Part shown: piece after piece, positions 39,051 to 48,866 of the stretch | How the letters are laid out: each line of letters opens with the position of its first letter | How positions within the stretch are numbered: position 1 is the stretch's first letter | From: Halobacteriovoraceae bacterium | GTDB lineage: Bacteria > Bdellovibrionota > Bacteriovoracia > Bacteriovoracales > Bacteriovoracaceae | Assembly: GCA_963719505.1 (NCBI GenBank) | Contig: CAVRCF010000005.1 | Location: 416,001 to 480,000 of the forward strand | Direction: 5' to 3' | Length of the DNA stretch: 64,000 bases | The notes under the pieces: model-generated | Told to the model about the DNA's origin: nothing | Database searches by the model: none | The model's input: only the letters and a program-made list of their open reading frames with translations | Made by a program: the position numbers and the translations under genes

Positions 39051-40788
39051 TATCTTCCTCGCTGGACTTAATACTGGCTTGAGGGGCCATGTGCACAGTC
39101 ATCTGGCTAAAAGGAATAATATAGTCGTTGGCATTACAAACTTCCACAAAGGCTGCTTGAATTTTTCTCTCTAAAATCATTTTCTTTGGTGCGAGCGAAC
39201 CTGCACAAATCACAAAGAACCTAATGTCTAGCGAACTTGCGCCGGTGTTTTTAAAGTCAACTTGAACTTCGTACACTCCGCCTTCGTAATCATCTTTTAG
39301 ATAATCTTTCAAAGATCCAATTATAGATTCTCGAATATTGGGAATAACTTCACTGAGAACTATACTTTGGTGAGAGTAATCGACCCCTATAACCTGTTCG
39401 ATACCAAATCCATTTGAGATATTAACGGGATCGGATTTTAAAAACTCATCTGTTTTAATAAACTTTACAGCCCCGCCAATAAGCTTTATTAGAATTTGTT
39501 CAGGAGACTGAAAAGTAATTTTTCCAAAATGACCATCTCTTAAAATCACCCAATCATTTGTCTTTGTTGGAAACCAAGGCTCATTAGCTTGAATAGGACG
39601 TGAATGGGAACTCAAAAGCTCTTTTGAACTAATTCTAAGTGTTCCACCTGTTAAAAGTGGATTTTCTAATCGACAGTAGTAGCCAAGAGTTTTTACTCTC
39701 CAAGGAACTTCTTCAAAAATAACAATTTCGTTTTCTCGAATGGCCCCAAGATTTAAGACGATCTTACTTTGCTCAAAAAAGATCGGGAAATATTCTTTAG
39801 AACTCCAAACGAGGGCCCCTAAAGTGAAAAGAATAAAGGTCACAAGGACCCAGTCATTCATAATGTAGAGAATAATAAGAGCAACAAAAAGGGCGAGAAA
39901 AAAGCTTGAGACTGAGTAAATGACTTTAACCGGTCTTACAAACCAAAAGCTCTGCTCATTGGTGCCATAGAACTTGATAAGTCTTTGCACAAAAAAGGAG
40001 ATGACTTTATTTTTTACTCTTCCCAAAAGCCAAATAATAAGAATAAAAGCTGTAATGGATAACAGAAGGTTTTTTCCCTTTGTCTTTAAGAAATCAAAAA
40101 TAACTTGGGAGAAAACCCCTACGAAAGATCCCTTATTCTTTTCAAGCTTTATAAGCTGAAACTGGGCATCTTCGAGTTTTATCTTATAGTCTTTTTCTAA
40201 AGCCTCAAGCTTGGCCAAACTCTTTTTGAGGACCCTTGCAAATCTTTTGTATTCAGAGTCAGATCTAAAATCTTTTATTTTTTCGATCGCTAGCTCAACA
40301 TTACTGAGTTCATCTTTAAAAATGGTAATATTCTCTTCCAGCATCTGGATTTGACGGGGTCTTTCAGAAATACTTTTAATTCCCGAAAGTGCCGGTCTTA
40401 AAATATCGGAGAGGTTTTCAGAAAAAGACTTCTCTTCAGTCACACCATCTTTTGAGTGAAAAATCGAAAGTCCGGTAAGTGTTTCAATAAAGAGAATTCG
40501 TTTTGCGTTATACTCTTTAAAGAGTTTAGAGTTCTCTGATTCAAGCTTTAATTTTAAAACCATATCCGCTTCGGTCATGATTTTCTTTTTGTTCATATAG
40601 ATTTGAGACTCTATTTGAACAATTTCTTTACGCATTCTTTTAAGACGATCGAGCTTTATCTGCTCAAAGGAGTCCTCCCCAATCTCTTCAACTTCAGTCT
40701 TTATCTCTGAAACTTCTTTTTCTTGAGTAAAAGCGCGTGGCGTTAAACCAAACAGTAATATAAGTAAAACTAAATATCTATTTAACAT
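39037..40788 (-). CDS. MscS-like mechanosensitive channel family protein with periplasmic coiled coil (start 40788)
   Basis: Signal peptide MLNRYLVL...AFT, coiled coil, TM helices, C-terminal GVDYSHQ, ASSLD, IPFSQMTVH. Confidence 0.75.
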   Translation of the reverse strand: MLNRYLVLLILLFGLTPRAFTQEKEVSEIKTEVEEIGEDSFEQIKLDRLKRMRKEIVQIESQIYMNKKKIMTEADMVLKLKLESENSKLFKEYNAKRILFIETLTGLSIFHSKDGVTEEKSFSENLSDILRPALSGIKSISERPRQIQMLEENITIFKDELSNVELAIEKIKDFRSDSEYKRFARVLKKSLAKLEALEKDYKIKLEDAQFQLIKLEKNKGSFVGVFSQVIFDFLKTKGKNLLLSITAFILIIWLLGRVKNKVISFFVQRLIKFYGTNEQSFWFVRPVKVIYSVSSFFLALFVALIILYIMNDWVLVTFILFTLGALVWSSKEYFPIFFEQSKIVLNLGAIRENEIVIFEEVPWRVKTLGYYCRLENPLLTGGTLRISSKELLSSHSRPIQANEPWFPTKTNDWVILRDGHFGKITFQSPEQILIKLIGGAVKFIKTDEFLKSDPVNISNGFGIEQVIGVDYSHQSIVLSEVIPNIRESIIGSLKDYLKDDYEGGVYEVQVDFKNTGASSLDIRFFVICAGSLAPKKMILERKIQAAFVEVCNANDYIIPFSQMTVHMAPQASIKSSEEDSDDQ

Positions 40789-40815
40789 ACTAATATTATA
40801 CATTAGTATGTAGCC

Positions 40816-42762
40816 ATGACAATACTGGCGAATCTGCAAAATATATCTTTGGCCTTTGGACAAAAAATTCTTTTCTCCGAGGGAAACCTTACTCTAAGCT
40901 CGAGCGATAAAGTCGGACTCATTGGTCTCAATGGCCATGGCAAAAGTACCCTGCTCAAAATCATCATGGATATCACAAAGCCCGATACCACGAAGCCTCC
41001 GTTTATCTACGATAAAAGCTCTGAACTCGATATTTTATATATCCCTCAAGATATTGAGGTCGAAAAATACCCCGATCTCACTATTAATAACTTTTATTTG
41101 GCTTTTTACCCAAAACTTCACGAAACTTTTAAAAAGCTTTGGAAGATTGAAAGTGAACTCTCTCAAAGTATAGAGCTTGAGAAAAATATCAAACGCCAAG
41201 AGATCCTTCTGGAAGAACTAACAACAGGCGGAGTCTGGCAAGTCGAACAAGTTTATGAAAGTTATATCAAAAAGTTTGGTCTGATAGATAAAACCGATAT
41301 CACTATCCTCTCAGGTGGAGAAAAGAGAAAAATAGCTCTGGCCGCGGGACTTTCAACCAACGCAACTTTAGTTCTTTGGGATGAGCCAACCAACCACTTG
41401 GATATTGAAACCATTGAATACTTTGAAGATGAAATGATGAATTCTAATAAAGCATTTATTATGGTCTCTCACGACAGATACCTGCTTGGAAATATTTGTA
41501 ATAAAATTATTCATATCGATCGCGGTGAGATTATTCCCTTTTCTGGAAATTATCTGCAGTATATGGAATTTCTGGTGGAAAAAGAAAAGGACAGACTCAA
41601 ATCCCTGGATAGAGCAGAAAACCAGCATCGACGAGAGCTTGCATGGATGAGACAAGGAATTAAAGCCCGAGGGACGAGAAGTAAAAAAAGAGTTGAAGGC
41701 TACGAGAATCTTAAATCCGATATTTCGACTTTAAAATCTATGGCAAAAAAATCGGTTGACTTAGATCTCGCCCACTCGGGTCGAAAAACCAAGCAAATGG
41801 TAGAGATTAAGAAAGCCTCTTTCTCCTATGCTGATAAAGATATTATAATAGATCTCACTGTCAATATTTTTAAAAATGATAAGATTGCCCTCATTGGTAA
41901 AAATGGCCAGGGAAAGACAACTCTGATTAATCTTTTGAGAGGTCAGCTTGAGTTTACCAAAGGGACGATCAAAAGAGCAGAGGCTTTAGATATAAAAGTC
42001 TTCTCACAAAATAGAGATTCATTACCTCTGGATAAGACACCTTTTGAAATCATCGGAGATGGTCAGGACTTTGTTCATCTCCCCGATGGAAGAAATCAGC
42101 ATGTTAATGCCTATTTGGAGAACTTCCTTTTTCAATCAACAGAAATAAGACGACCTATAAATACCTTAAGTGGTGGTGAAAAAAATAGACTTCAGCTGGC
42201 TTTATTTATGAAAGAAGTTGCTGATGTTTGGGTTTTCGATGAGCCGACAAATGATCTCGATATTGAGACCATTGAAATTTTAGAATCAAGACTTCGCGAT
42301 TACAAAGGGGCCGTTATTATTATCTCTCACGACAGGGCTTTCTTAGATAATATTGTTAAAAGTACTTGGGTTCTCCACAATAAGAAACTAGAGGTTTTTC
42401 GAGGTGGATACACTCAAGTGGCCCCTTATCTTCAGGCCATCGAGATGGAAGCTGAGATGGGTGGAGTCGAAGAAGATGATGAAGACACAACTGAACAAGT
42501 TGTTGCAACTGGGCCACAGGCTCCAGTAGTAAAAATGAGTAATAAAGAAAAAATGAGATCGAAGGTTATTGAAAAAGAAATAGCGACGGCTGAGAAAAAC
42601 CTGGAAAAATTTGAAACAGCACTGGCCCAATTTGATTTTTCAAATATGACTGATGAGAAAAATTCTGAGTATGCAAAGCTTCAAGAAGATCAAAAGAAAT
42701 GGGAAAAGACGCTAGAGAATCTCTATGAAGAATGGGAAGATCTCAGTCACAAACAAGCCTAG
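40816..42762 (+). CDS. uup: ABC-F family ATPase (Uup-like)
   Basis: Two ABC cassettes (GLNGHGKS/LSGGE/DEPTNHLD and GKNGQGKT/LSGGE/DEPTNDLD), WMRQGIKARGT linker, C-terminal coiled coil. Confidence 0.88.
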   Translation: MTILANLQNISLAFGQKILFSEGNLTLSSSDKVGLIGLNGHGKSTLLKIIMDITKPDTTKPPFIYDKSSELDILYIPQDIEVEKYPDLTINNFYLAFYPKLHETFKKLWKIESELSQSIELEKNIKRQEILLEELTTGGVWQVEQVYESYIKKFGLIDKTDITILSGGEKRKIALAAGLSTNATLVLWDEPTNHLDIETIEYFEDEMMNSNKAFIMVSHDRYLLGNICNKIIHIDRGEIIPFSGNYLQYMEFLVEKEKDRLKSLDRAENQHRRELAWMRQGIKARGTRSKKRVEGYENLKSDISTLKSMAKKSVDLDLAHSGRKTKQMVEIKKASFSYADKDIIIDLTVNIFKNDKIALIGKNGQGKTTLINLLRGQLEFTKGTIKRAEALDIKVFSQNRDSLPLDKTPFEIIGDGQDFVHLPDGRNQHVNAYLENFLFQSTEIRRPINTLSGGEKNRLQLALFMKEVADVWVFDEPTNDLDIETIEILESRLRDYKGAVIIISHDRAFLDNIVKSTWVLHNKKLEVFRGGYTQVAPYLQAIEMEAEMGGVEEDDEDTTEQVVATGPQAPVVKMSNKEKMRSKVIEKEIATAEKNLEKFETALAQFDFSNMTDEKNSEYAKLQEDQKKWEKTLENLYEEWEDLSHKQA

Positions 42763-42771
42763 GAGAGACTT

Positions 42772-43545
42772 ATGATTAAAAGAGACAGTTTAGTAAAATA
42801 TCTCAATAAATATTTAAACATATACGATTTTCAAGACTACGGCCCCAATGGTCTTCATATTGAAGGCAAAGAAGAAATTAGAAAGGTGGCCTTTGCCGTT
42901 AGTGCCACAGCTTACTCTATCGAACAGGCGATCGCCCTTGGAGCAGATGCGCTTATCGTTCACCACGGACTTTTTTGGAAATTTCACGGGGTCCGAACAA
43001 TTAGCGGAGCTTTTGGAAAGAGAATAAAGCCTTTAATAAAAAATGATATTAATCTACTGTCCTATCACCTGCCTCTTGATGCTCATATGGAAATTGGAAA
43101 TGCTGCAGGTCTAGCAAGAAGACTTGAGCTTATCGACACGAAACCTTTTGGGGATCATAAAGGCAGTCCAACGGGAGTTAAAGGCAAACTGAAAACTCCT
43201 TTAAATGTCAGCGTTTTTGGAAATGCCCTTAAAGATATTCTCTCACACAATGTTATTGTGAGCACTTATGATAAAGAGGCGACTATTAAAACGGTAGGTA
43301 TTATTACTGGCGGGGCCAATTCAGACTGGATTCAAGCTAAAAGAGATGGTTTAGATGCTTATATAACAGGTGAAATCTCCGAGCACGACTGGCATGAGGC
43401 AAAAGAAAGTGAGATGCACTATTTTGCTGGAGGACATAATGCCACTGAGCAATTTGGAGTTCAGGACCTTATGAAACACCTTTATGAAAAGCACGAAAAA
43501 GATGGTGTGGAATTTTTCTATATTCCTTCAGATAACCCAGCTTAA
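42772..43545 (+). CDS. Nif3-like dinuclear metal centre protein (YbgI)
   Basis: DYGPNGL, VHHGLFW, YHLPLDAH, GHNATE. Confidence 0.93.
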   Translation: MIKRDSLVKYLNKYLNIYDFQDYGPNGLHIEGKEEIRKVAFAVSATAYSIEQAIALGADALIVHHGLFWKFHGVRTISGAFGKRIKPLIKNDINLLSYHLPLDAHMEIGNAAGLARRLELIDTKPFGDHKGSPTGVKGKLKTPLNVSVFGNALKDILSHNVIVSTYDKEATIKTVGIITGGANSDWIQAKRDGLDAYITGEISEHDWHEAKESEMHYFAGGHNATEQFGVQDLMKHLYEKHEKDGVEFFYIPSDNPA

Positions 43546-43553
43546 TAAAAAGA

Positions 43554-43985
43554 CTACTCGCACTCAAGTTCTAGCGATTCTTTAGTGTCCCAGTTTGACA
43601 GTAGTTTCCCATAATAGATATTCCCTACTTTAAAAAGGTCTAGCACCTCTTCTGGTACATCGTGATCATTAAAATTTGAATAAGATATTGTTTTTTTATC
43701 AAAATTTAAGAAGTTTTGCGTTTCACAAAACGTGATGTCTCTGGGCTTATCCGCTCCAAAGCTTACCATCGATAAATGGGGAGTTTTTAAAGATTCAGTT
43801 AAACAACCGATCTGTTGCTCAAAAGCAGAAGCTTCACTTTTAAGAGAGATCTTTATTTTCTTTGTTTGAGCGTGAACAGCATACTTAGCTTCACCTTGAA
43901 TAACCTCATGATTTATAACTTTGCACGTAAGCTCAAAAGCCCAGCAAGTATTAGCGATAACCAATGATAAGAGTATAAAACGCAT
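43554..43985 (-). CDS. Exported hypothetical protein
   Basis: Signal peptide; GGAG RBS. Confidence 0.65.
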   Translation of the reverse strand: MRFILLSLVIANTCWAFELTCKVINHEVIQGEAKYAVHAQTKKIKISLKSEASAFEQQIGCLTESLKTPHLSMVSFGADKPRDITFCETQNFLNFDKKTISYSNFNDHDVPEEVLDLFKVGNIYYGKLLSNWDTKESLELECE

Positions 43986-44048
43986 AAAAAGCTCCGTTGT
44001 TTTTGCCGTTTGTAATATAAACGCTCACCAAAGCCAATAGGTTTTCAT

Positions 44049-44732
44049 TCACCCTAAACTATTTATGTACTTACCAACTTTTGAAATGACTGGATAAGGT
44101 ATTTCATGAGCACCATCAAAAGAGACAAACTCCCCTTGCAAACGACATAGCTTTAGAGTCTCAAATAACTTCATGGCTTCATTATAATTTAAAACGGGGT
44201 CCATTTTGCCATGACTTTGGAAAAATGGCAGAGGTTTAGTGTTTTCTAAACAGTCTATGAGTCTGTCTTTTGAAAGAAGTGTTCCTGAAAATAAGATCAA
44301 ACCGATTTGTTTTTCAAAGTTCTGTCCCGTTATGTGGGAGCTCACCATTGCCCCTTGAGAAAATCCTCCAATGATTATTTCATCATAATTTTGACTTAAT
44401 TCATCAATAAAGGTTTTAACTTTGGGAAGGATATCGAAAAAGTCTTTTGGCTCTTTATCTTCAAACGATCTAAATTGGCCTGTCATCATCGCTTTTTGCA
44501 ACTCTTCCATATCGATGGGAAACCACGCTCTGCCCTCCATGCCACCCATGGGTATCGCCAGTGGTCCATTAGGAAAGATCCAGTCATAGCTTTGGTCAGT
44601 CTTAATGACGTCATAAAGACCTGCAAGATCGTGCATGCTCGCTCCATATCCATGAAGCATAAAGATAACTTTCTTATTATTTTCACCTCGTTTTATATAT
44701 TCGAGCCCTGATTTATTTTCAATTAAAGACAT
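44049..44732 (-). CDS. Phospholipase/carboxylesterase (alpha/beta hydrolase)
   Basis: LHGYGA, RAWF, GFSQG nucleophile elbow, HGKMDPV, GAHEI. Confidence 0.92.
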   Translation of the reverse strand: MSLIENKSGLEYIKRGENNKKVIFMLHGYGASMHDLAGLYDVIKTDQSYDWIFPNGPLAIPMGGMEGRAWFPIDMEELQKAMMTGQFRSFEDKEPKDFFDILPKVKTFIDELSQNYDEIIIGGFSQGAMVSSHITGQNFEKQIGLILFSGTLLSKDRLIDCLENTKPLPFFQSHGKMDPVLNYNEAMKLFETLKLCRLQGEFVSFDGAHEIPYPVISKVGKYINSLG

Positions 44733-44759
44733 AATCTAATTCCTTTTGTAAGATGCCCT

Positions 44760-45602
44760 ATGTTCTCAAAAATTTCACCAGGTGTGAAACATATATTAAT
44801 CGCGGGCTTTTTCTTTGGAATGATTAACGCAGGCGTTAAATATTTTTCAAATATTCCGGCCATAGAGATTGTCTTTTTTAGATCCATTGTCACTCTCATC
44901 CTCTCCTATATCATGATCAAAAAACTAAAGATCAAGATTATCAATAAACACTTTAGAACACTCTTCTTCAGAGGCTTATCCGGAGCAATTGCACTAAGTT
45001 TATACTTTTATTCTATTCAAAATATGCCACTGGCCACAGCTGTGACGATTCTCTACCTTGCCCCAGTATTTACAGTCATCTTGGCGATCCCAATGGTTGG
45101 TGAATACCCAAATAAAAAACAATGGCCATTTTTACTTTTAGGTTTCGTTGGAGCTGCACTAATGAAGGGCACCGATGTAAGAGTCTCTTTTACTCATTTT
45201 TTAATGGGTCTAACGGCTGCTCTGTTTGCTGGACTCGCTTATAACTTTATCAGGCAACTTAAAGGGAATGCTCATCATCAACTGATCATTTTCTTTTTTC
45301 CTCTGGTTACTTTGCCCATATGCATCCCCATGATGATCCCCATTTGGGTAACACCGAGTCCAACTGAGCTTATTGGACTCATTACTATTGGAGTCTTTAC
45401 TCAGATTGCACAGGTGCATATGACTAAAGCTTATCTTTTAGAAAAAGCCTCAAAGATCTCTCACTTTAATTATCTTACAGCTGCTTATGCCCTGATAATG
45501 GGATTTTTCTTTTTCAATGAATCAGTGAATCTTTTAAGTATTTGCGGATTAATTGTTATTGTGATTTCTGTTTATCTCACTACCAGATATAGTGACAAAT
45601 AA
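44760..45602 (+). CDS. DMT/EamA-family transporter
   Basis: Ten hydrophobic segments; EIVFFRS, MPLATAVTI. Confidence 0.9.
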   Translation: MFSKISPGVKHILIAGFFFGMINAGVKYFSNIPAIEIVFFRSIVTLILSYIMIKKLKIKIINKHFRTLFFRGLSGAIALSLYFYSIQNMPLATAVTILYLAPVFTVILAIPMVGEYPNKKQWPFLLLGFVGAALMKGTDVRVSFTHFLMGLTAALFAGLAYNFIRQLKGNAHHQLIIFFFPLVTLPICIPMMIPIWVTPSPTELIGLITIGVFTQIAQVHMTKAYLLEKASKISHFNYLTAAYALIMGFFFFNESVNLLSICGLIVIVISVYLTTRYSDK

Positions 45603-45603
45603 A

Positions 45604-46185
45604 TTACTTCTTGGTCTTGGCCAAAAACTCTGAAATATATTTCTTAATAGTGAGAACTTCGTTTTTTAAAGCCGGAACTTTCTTATGAATTCTCGAAAGC
45701 ATTTGATTGACTTGATGATCCATTAATTTCGCATCGGTAATGTATTGCACAAGAAATTCTGTCTTGGCCTCTGCCACCGCAACTTTAACATCTGCTGCAT
45801 TTTGAACCTTTGACACTTGAGAACGAAGTTCTGCGATCTCATCTCTGAGCATATCTAATTCATCGGCATAGGACTCATCTACCGGTCTTGGGTTCTGCGC
45901 GGGTTGTGTTTGAGACTGAGGCTTCGCCTGAGCCACGGGTCTGGTTCTTTGAGCGTCTGAGATGTTTTTTACGTTTGAAGGCACAGCCTTTGGAACCTGT
46001 GCCACATGAGGCACTGGAGTTGGTTTTGGTATCGCTGGAGCGGCTTTTGGAGAAGGCTTCGCCTCACCACCACCGGCATCCTTTTTTACGTGCGCAGAGA
46101 AATCCAGATCGACATCAACATCGATTGCATCACTCTTTTCAATTTCTTCTTCCTCAAAAACGAGGTCCAAGTCTTCGATCGCCAA
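45604..46185 (-). CDS. Hypothetical protein (acidic N-terminus, Pro-rich linker, coiled-coil C-terminus)
   Basis: GAGGA RBS before a TTG start; composition. Confidence 0.75.
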   Translation of the reverse strand: MAIEDLDLVFEEEEIEKSDAIDVDVDLDFSAHVKKDAGGGEAKPSPKAAPAIPKPTPVPHVAQVPKAVPSNVKNISDAQRTRPVAQAKPQSQTQPAQNPRPVDESYADELDMLRDEIAELRSQVSKVQNAADVKVAVAEAKTEFLVQYITDAKLMDHQVNQMLSRIHKKVPALKNEVLTIKKYISEFLAKTKK

Positions 46186-46243
46186 GGCATTCCTCTTCGT
46201 CTACTCAGCATAAACTGAAATTAGGGACTATTCCCTACTGTGT

Positions 46244-46270
46244 TTATCGGACTATTTTCATAAATCTTTA
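46244..46270 (-). promoter_or_regulatory. Sigma28 (FliA)-type promoter
   Basis: TAAA-N15-TCCGATAA upstream of the 45604..46185 gene. Confidence 0.65.
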
Positions 46271-46350
46271 ATGAAAATGCTTAAACAAATTTTATTATAC
46301 GGATTTTATCTGCTATAATTACCGCTACATACATCCTAGAAGGTAATCAA

Positions 46351-46893
46351 ATGAGTAATGAAGAAGACGATAAGCCAACAGTTGTTTTAGATATTTCTGC
46401 TCTAAAAGAAGAATTAGCGCAAAAGAAAAACGTCAATGAAGCCATCGATCAAGAAATTGAATTCGCTATTCACGATGATACTGGATCAACTGAAATTGAT
46501 AGCGATGAGTTGTCTTTGGAAGATGAAATCTCTGAAGATGATCAAATTGTCTTTTTTGACTACTCTTCAACATACTTCTCAAAACTCGTTCCAAAGCTTC
46601 CTACAGAGGGGTTTGAGTTCAAAGTCATCAAAGAACTAAAGGATCTCAATGGCATTTTACAAAGTGGTGATGCCGTTAAAATCCTCTTTAACTATAGTGC
46701 TGCTCCTAAAGCGGTCAATCAGCTCACAACGCAAATTAAAGCTAAATTTCCAAATGCTAAAACGGTTATCGTCGCCAAAGGGCTGACACCAGATAAGGCT
46801 TCTGCCCATCAAAAATCCAAAGCCGGAGCGGATGCCTACTTGAATGTCCCATTTAGTGTTAAGCAATTTAAAAGTGCGATGAATTCGATTTAG
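46351..46893 (+). CDS. Acidic N-terminus plus degenerate receiver (CheY-like) domain
   Basis: IKAKFPNAKTVIV...AGADAYLNVPFS pattern; extended -10 TGCTATAAT at 46311. Confidence 0.65.
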   Translation: MSNEEDDKPTVVLDISALKEELAQKKNVNEAIDQEIEFAIHDDTGSTEIDSDELSLEDEISEDDQIVFFDYSSTYFSKLVPKLPTEGFEFKVIKELKDLNGILQSGDAVKILFNYSAAPKAVNQLTTQIKAKFPNAKTVIVAKGLTPDKASAHQKSKAGADAYLNVPFSVKQFKSAMNSI

Positions 46894-47010
46894 AAGGGAA
46901 ACCTTAGCAATAAATGGCTCCCTAAGAAGCCATTTATTACTGGGAGGCACTAAAGAGGTCAAAAGCAACTAAAACCCCTTTAATCTTGAATATGAGTGTA
47001 CATTGAGCCC
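46894..47010 (-). ncRNA. Candidate structured small RNA (family unknown)
   Basis: Two adjacent hairpins of 16 and 10 bp that pair fully only on the minus strand, via G-U pairs; CCUCCC linker. Confidence 0.3.
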
Positions 47011-47141
47011 GATATTAAATAAATCCGGAAATTTTACAAAATCCAATATCCCCACGATTTTCAAAACTTAACGACCCGCAGATGATATTTAATTTAAGTT
47101 GACAGTAATGGTACGAAATTGACATGATTTCATCTACATAG

Positions 47142-48866
47142 ATGGAGATTTCAATGAAAACAGTGCTTTATATCGTGGCAATTTTTAGCCTCGTTACAAT
47201 AAAAAATGTTTACTCGCAAGATTGGACGATGAACGCTACTTTGCCAGGTGTGGAGAGATGTAATGAACATAATGGGCATAAAGTTTGCTTAAAAAATGGA
47301 AACAGACAAAACATCTATAAACTTACTGATAATGAGCTCGCTACCTACCTCGAAGAAGGGGGACGACATGTCTTATCCTATCCCGTTGAGGTCACTCCTT
47401 TACAAATACCCTACGCCTCATTAAAGAAATTTTTTAATTCAGAAACCAATAGTCCCCTTAGACGATTTTTCTACTCTATAGCAAAAGAGCTGACTTCTTT
47501 TAGAAATATTGGTGATCTCTATAATCAAATAGGTCTTCATCAGTACCCGGAGTATGAAATTCAAAGAGGACCAAATCTTATTCCCAATATGGGAAGTCTA
47601 GAAAGTGAATCTATGGGAGCAACTATTTTTGGAAAAGAAAATGCCCGAGGCCTCACCTTTAGCTGTGCCGCTTGCCATAGTGCCAACCTGTTTGGAAAAA
47701 AGATTGTGGGTCTCACAAATAGATTTCCAAGGGCCAATGAGTTTTTTCACCTTGGCCAAAAAATTTTAAAAAACACACCTGCTCTCCTCTACCGCTCTGT
47801 CATTGGTGCAAGTGATGATGAGATGAAATTATTTAAAGAATCAAAAGCTGCAATTAAGGCTATTGGCATAAAGAAGCCCATTGTTCTTGGACTGGATACT
47901 TCCTTAGCTCAAGTAGGACTTTCTTTGGCCAAAAGAAATCAAGACGAATACGCGACCTTTAGTTCAAAATATCAAAGGCGACCAAGGGCCAGTGGTTTTG
48001 ATAAGAATCCTGCAGATTCAAAACCTGCAGTTTGGTGGAACACAAAATACAAAACCAAATGGCTAAGTGATGGCTCCATTATTTCTGGAAATCCCATCCA
48101 CACGAACTTTTTATGGAATGAAATTGGCCGAGGTGTTGATCTTAAAAAACTTGAGAACTGGCTTGTCGATAATAAAAATAAAGTCGATGAATTGACCAGT
48201 TATGTTTTCAACACAGAAGCACCCAAGTATAACGAGTTTTTTCCAAGAAGAATTAAAATTGATCGAGCTCAAAGAGGTGAGAAACTTTTCTTAAAGACTT
48301 GTTCAGGCTGTCACGGTGTCTATACCAAAGGATGGGATGAAACTGAAGACTATGAAAAGGCCATCGCCACCACAAAAGTTTGGTATCATAAAACAACTCC
48401 AGTGATCGACGTAGGAACAGATCCCCTGCGCTACGAGGGAATGAAGTATTTCGCTGATGATCTAAATAATTTAAAAATATCTAAAAGTATCAAGACCGTC
48501 GTTAAGGCGCAAAAAGGATATGTTCCTCCTCCACTCGTTGGAATATGGGCACGGTGGCCGTACTTTCATAATAACTCGGCACCGACACTTTACGATGTCA
48601 TAACTCCAGATTTTAAGAGGCCAAAAAGCTATATCGCTGTGGAAAGTATTGATCCTAAAACGGATTTTGATTTTGTAAAAAATGGATACCCTCACCCAAG
48701 CAAAATAAAAGAGCCATTTAAGAGTAAAAGAAAATATCGTTATAATACAAAAATCAGAGGTCTCTCTAATACGGGTCACACTTCAATGCTTGTTGATTCA
48801 AATGGACAGGAAAAAATGACCGAAGATGAGAAGCTAGACCTTATTGAATTTCTAAAGACTTTATAG
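47142..48866 (+). CDS. Exported di-heme c-type cytochrome (RoxA/peroxidase-like family); start may be 47154
   Basis: Two CxxCH motifs (CAACH, CSGCH); DVGTDP; GYVPPPLVGIWARWPYFHNNSAPTL. Confidence 0.82.
   Translation: MEISMKTVLYIVAIFSLVTIKNVYSQDWTMNATLPGVERCNEHNGHKVCLKNGNRQNIYKLTDNELATYLEEGGRHVLSYPVEVTPLQIPYASLKKFFNSETNSPLRRFFYSIAKELTSFRNIGDLYNQIGLHQYPEYEIQRGPNLIPNMGSLESESMGATIFGKENARGLTFSCAACHSANLFGKKIVGLTNRFPRANEFFHLGQKILKNTPALLYRSVIGASDDEMKLFKESKAAIKAIGIKKPIVLGLDTSLAQVGLSLAKRNQDEYATFSSKYQRRPRASGFDKNPADSKPAVWWNTKYKTKWLSDGSIISGNPIHTNFLWNEIGRGVDLKKLENWLVDNKNKVDELTSYVFNTEAPKYNEFFPRRIKIDRAQRGEKLFLKTCSGCHGVYTKGWDETEDYEKAIATTKVWYHKTTPVIDVGTDPLRYEGMKYFADDLNNLKISKSIKTVVKAQKGYVPPPLVGIWARWPYFHNNSAPTLYDVITPDFKRPKSYIAVESIDPKTDFDFVKNGYPHPSKIKEPFKSKRKYRYNTKIRGLSNTGHTSMLVDSNGQEKMTEDEKLDLIEFLKTL

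Noticed and set aside
40789-40863. Listed N-terminal extension of the 608-aa ORF
   Set aside because: Overlaps the divergent ABC-F gene; the signal peptide starts at Met 40788.
46981-47020. 6S RNA (CTTGAA and GAGCCCGATATT resemble E. coli ssrS words)
   Set aside because: Motifs are in the wrong order and no long closing stem was found.
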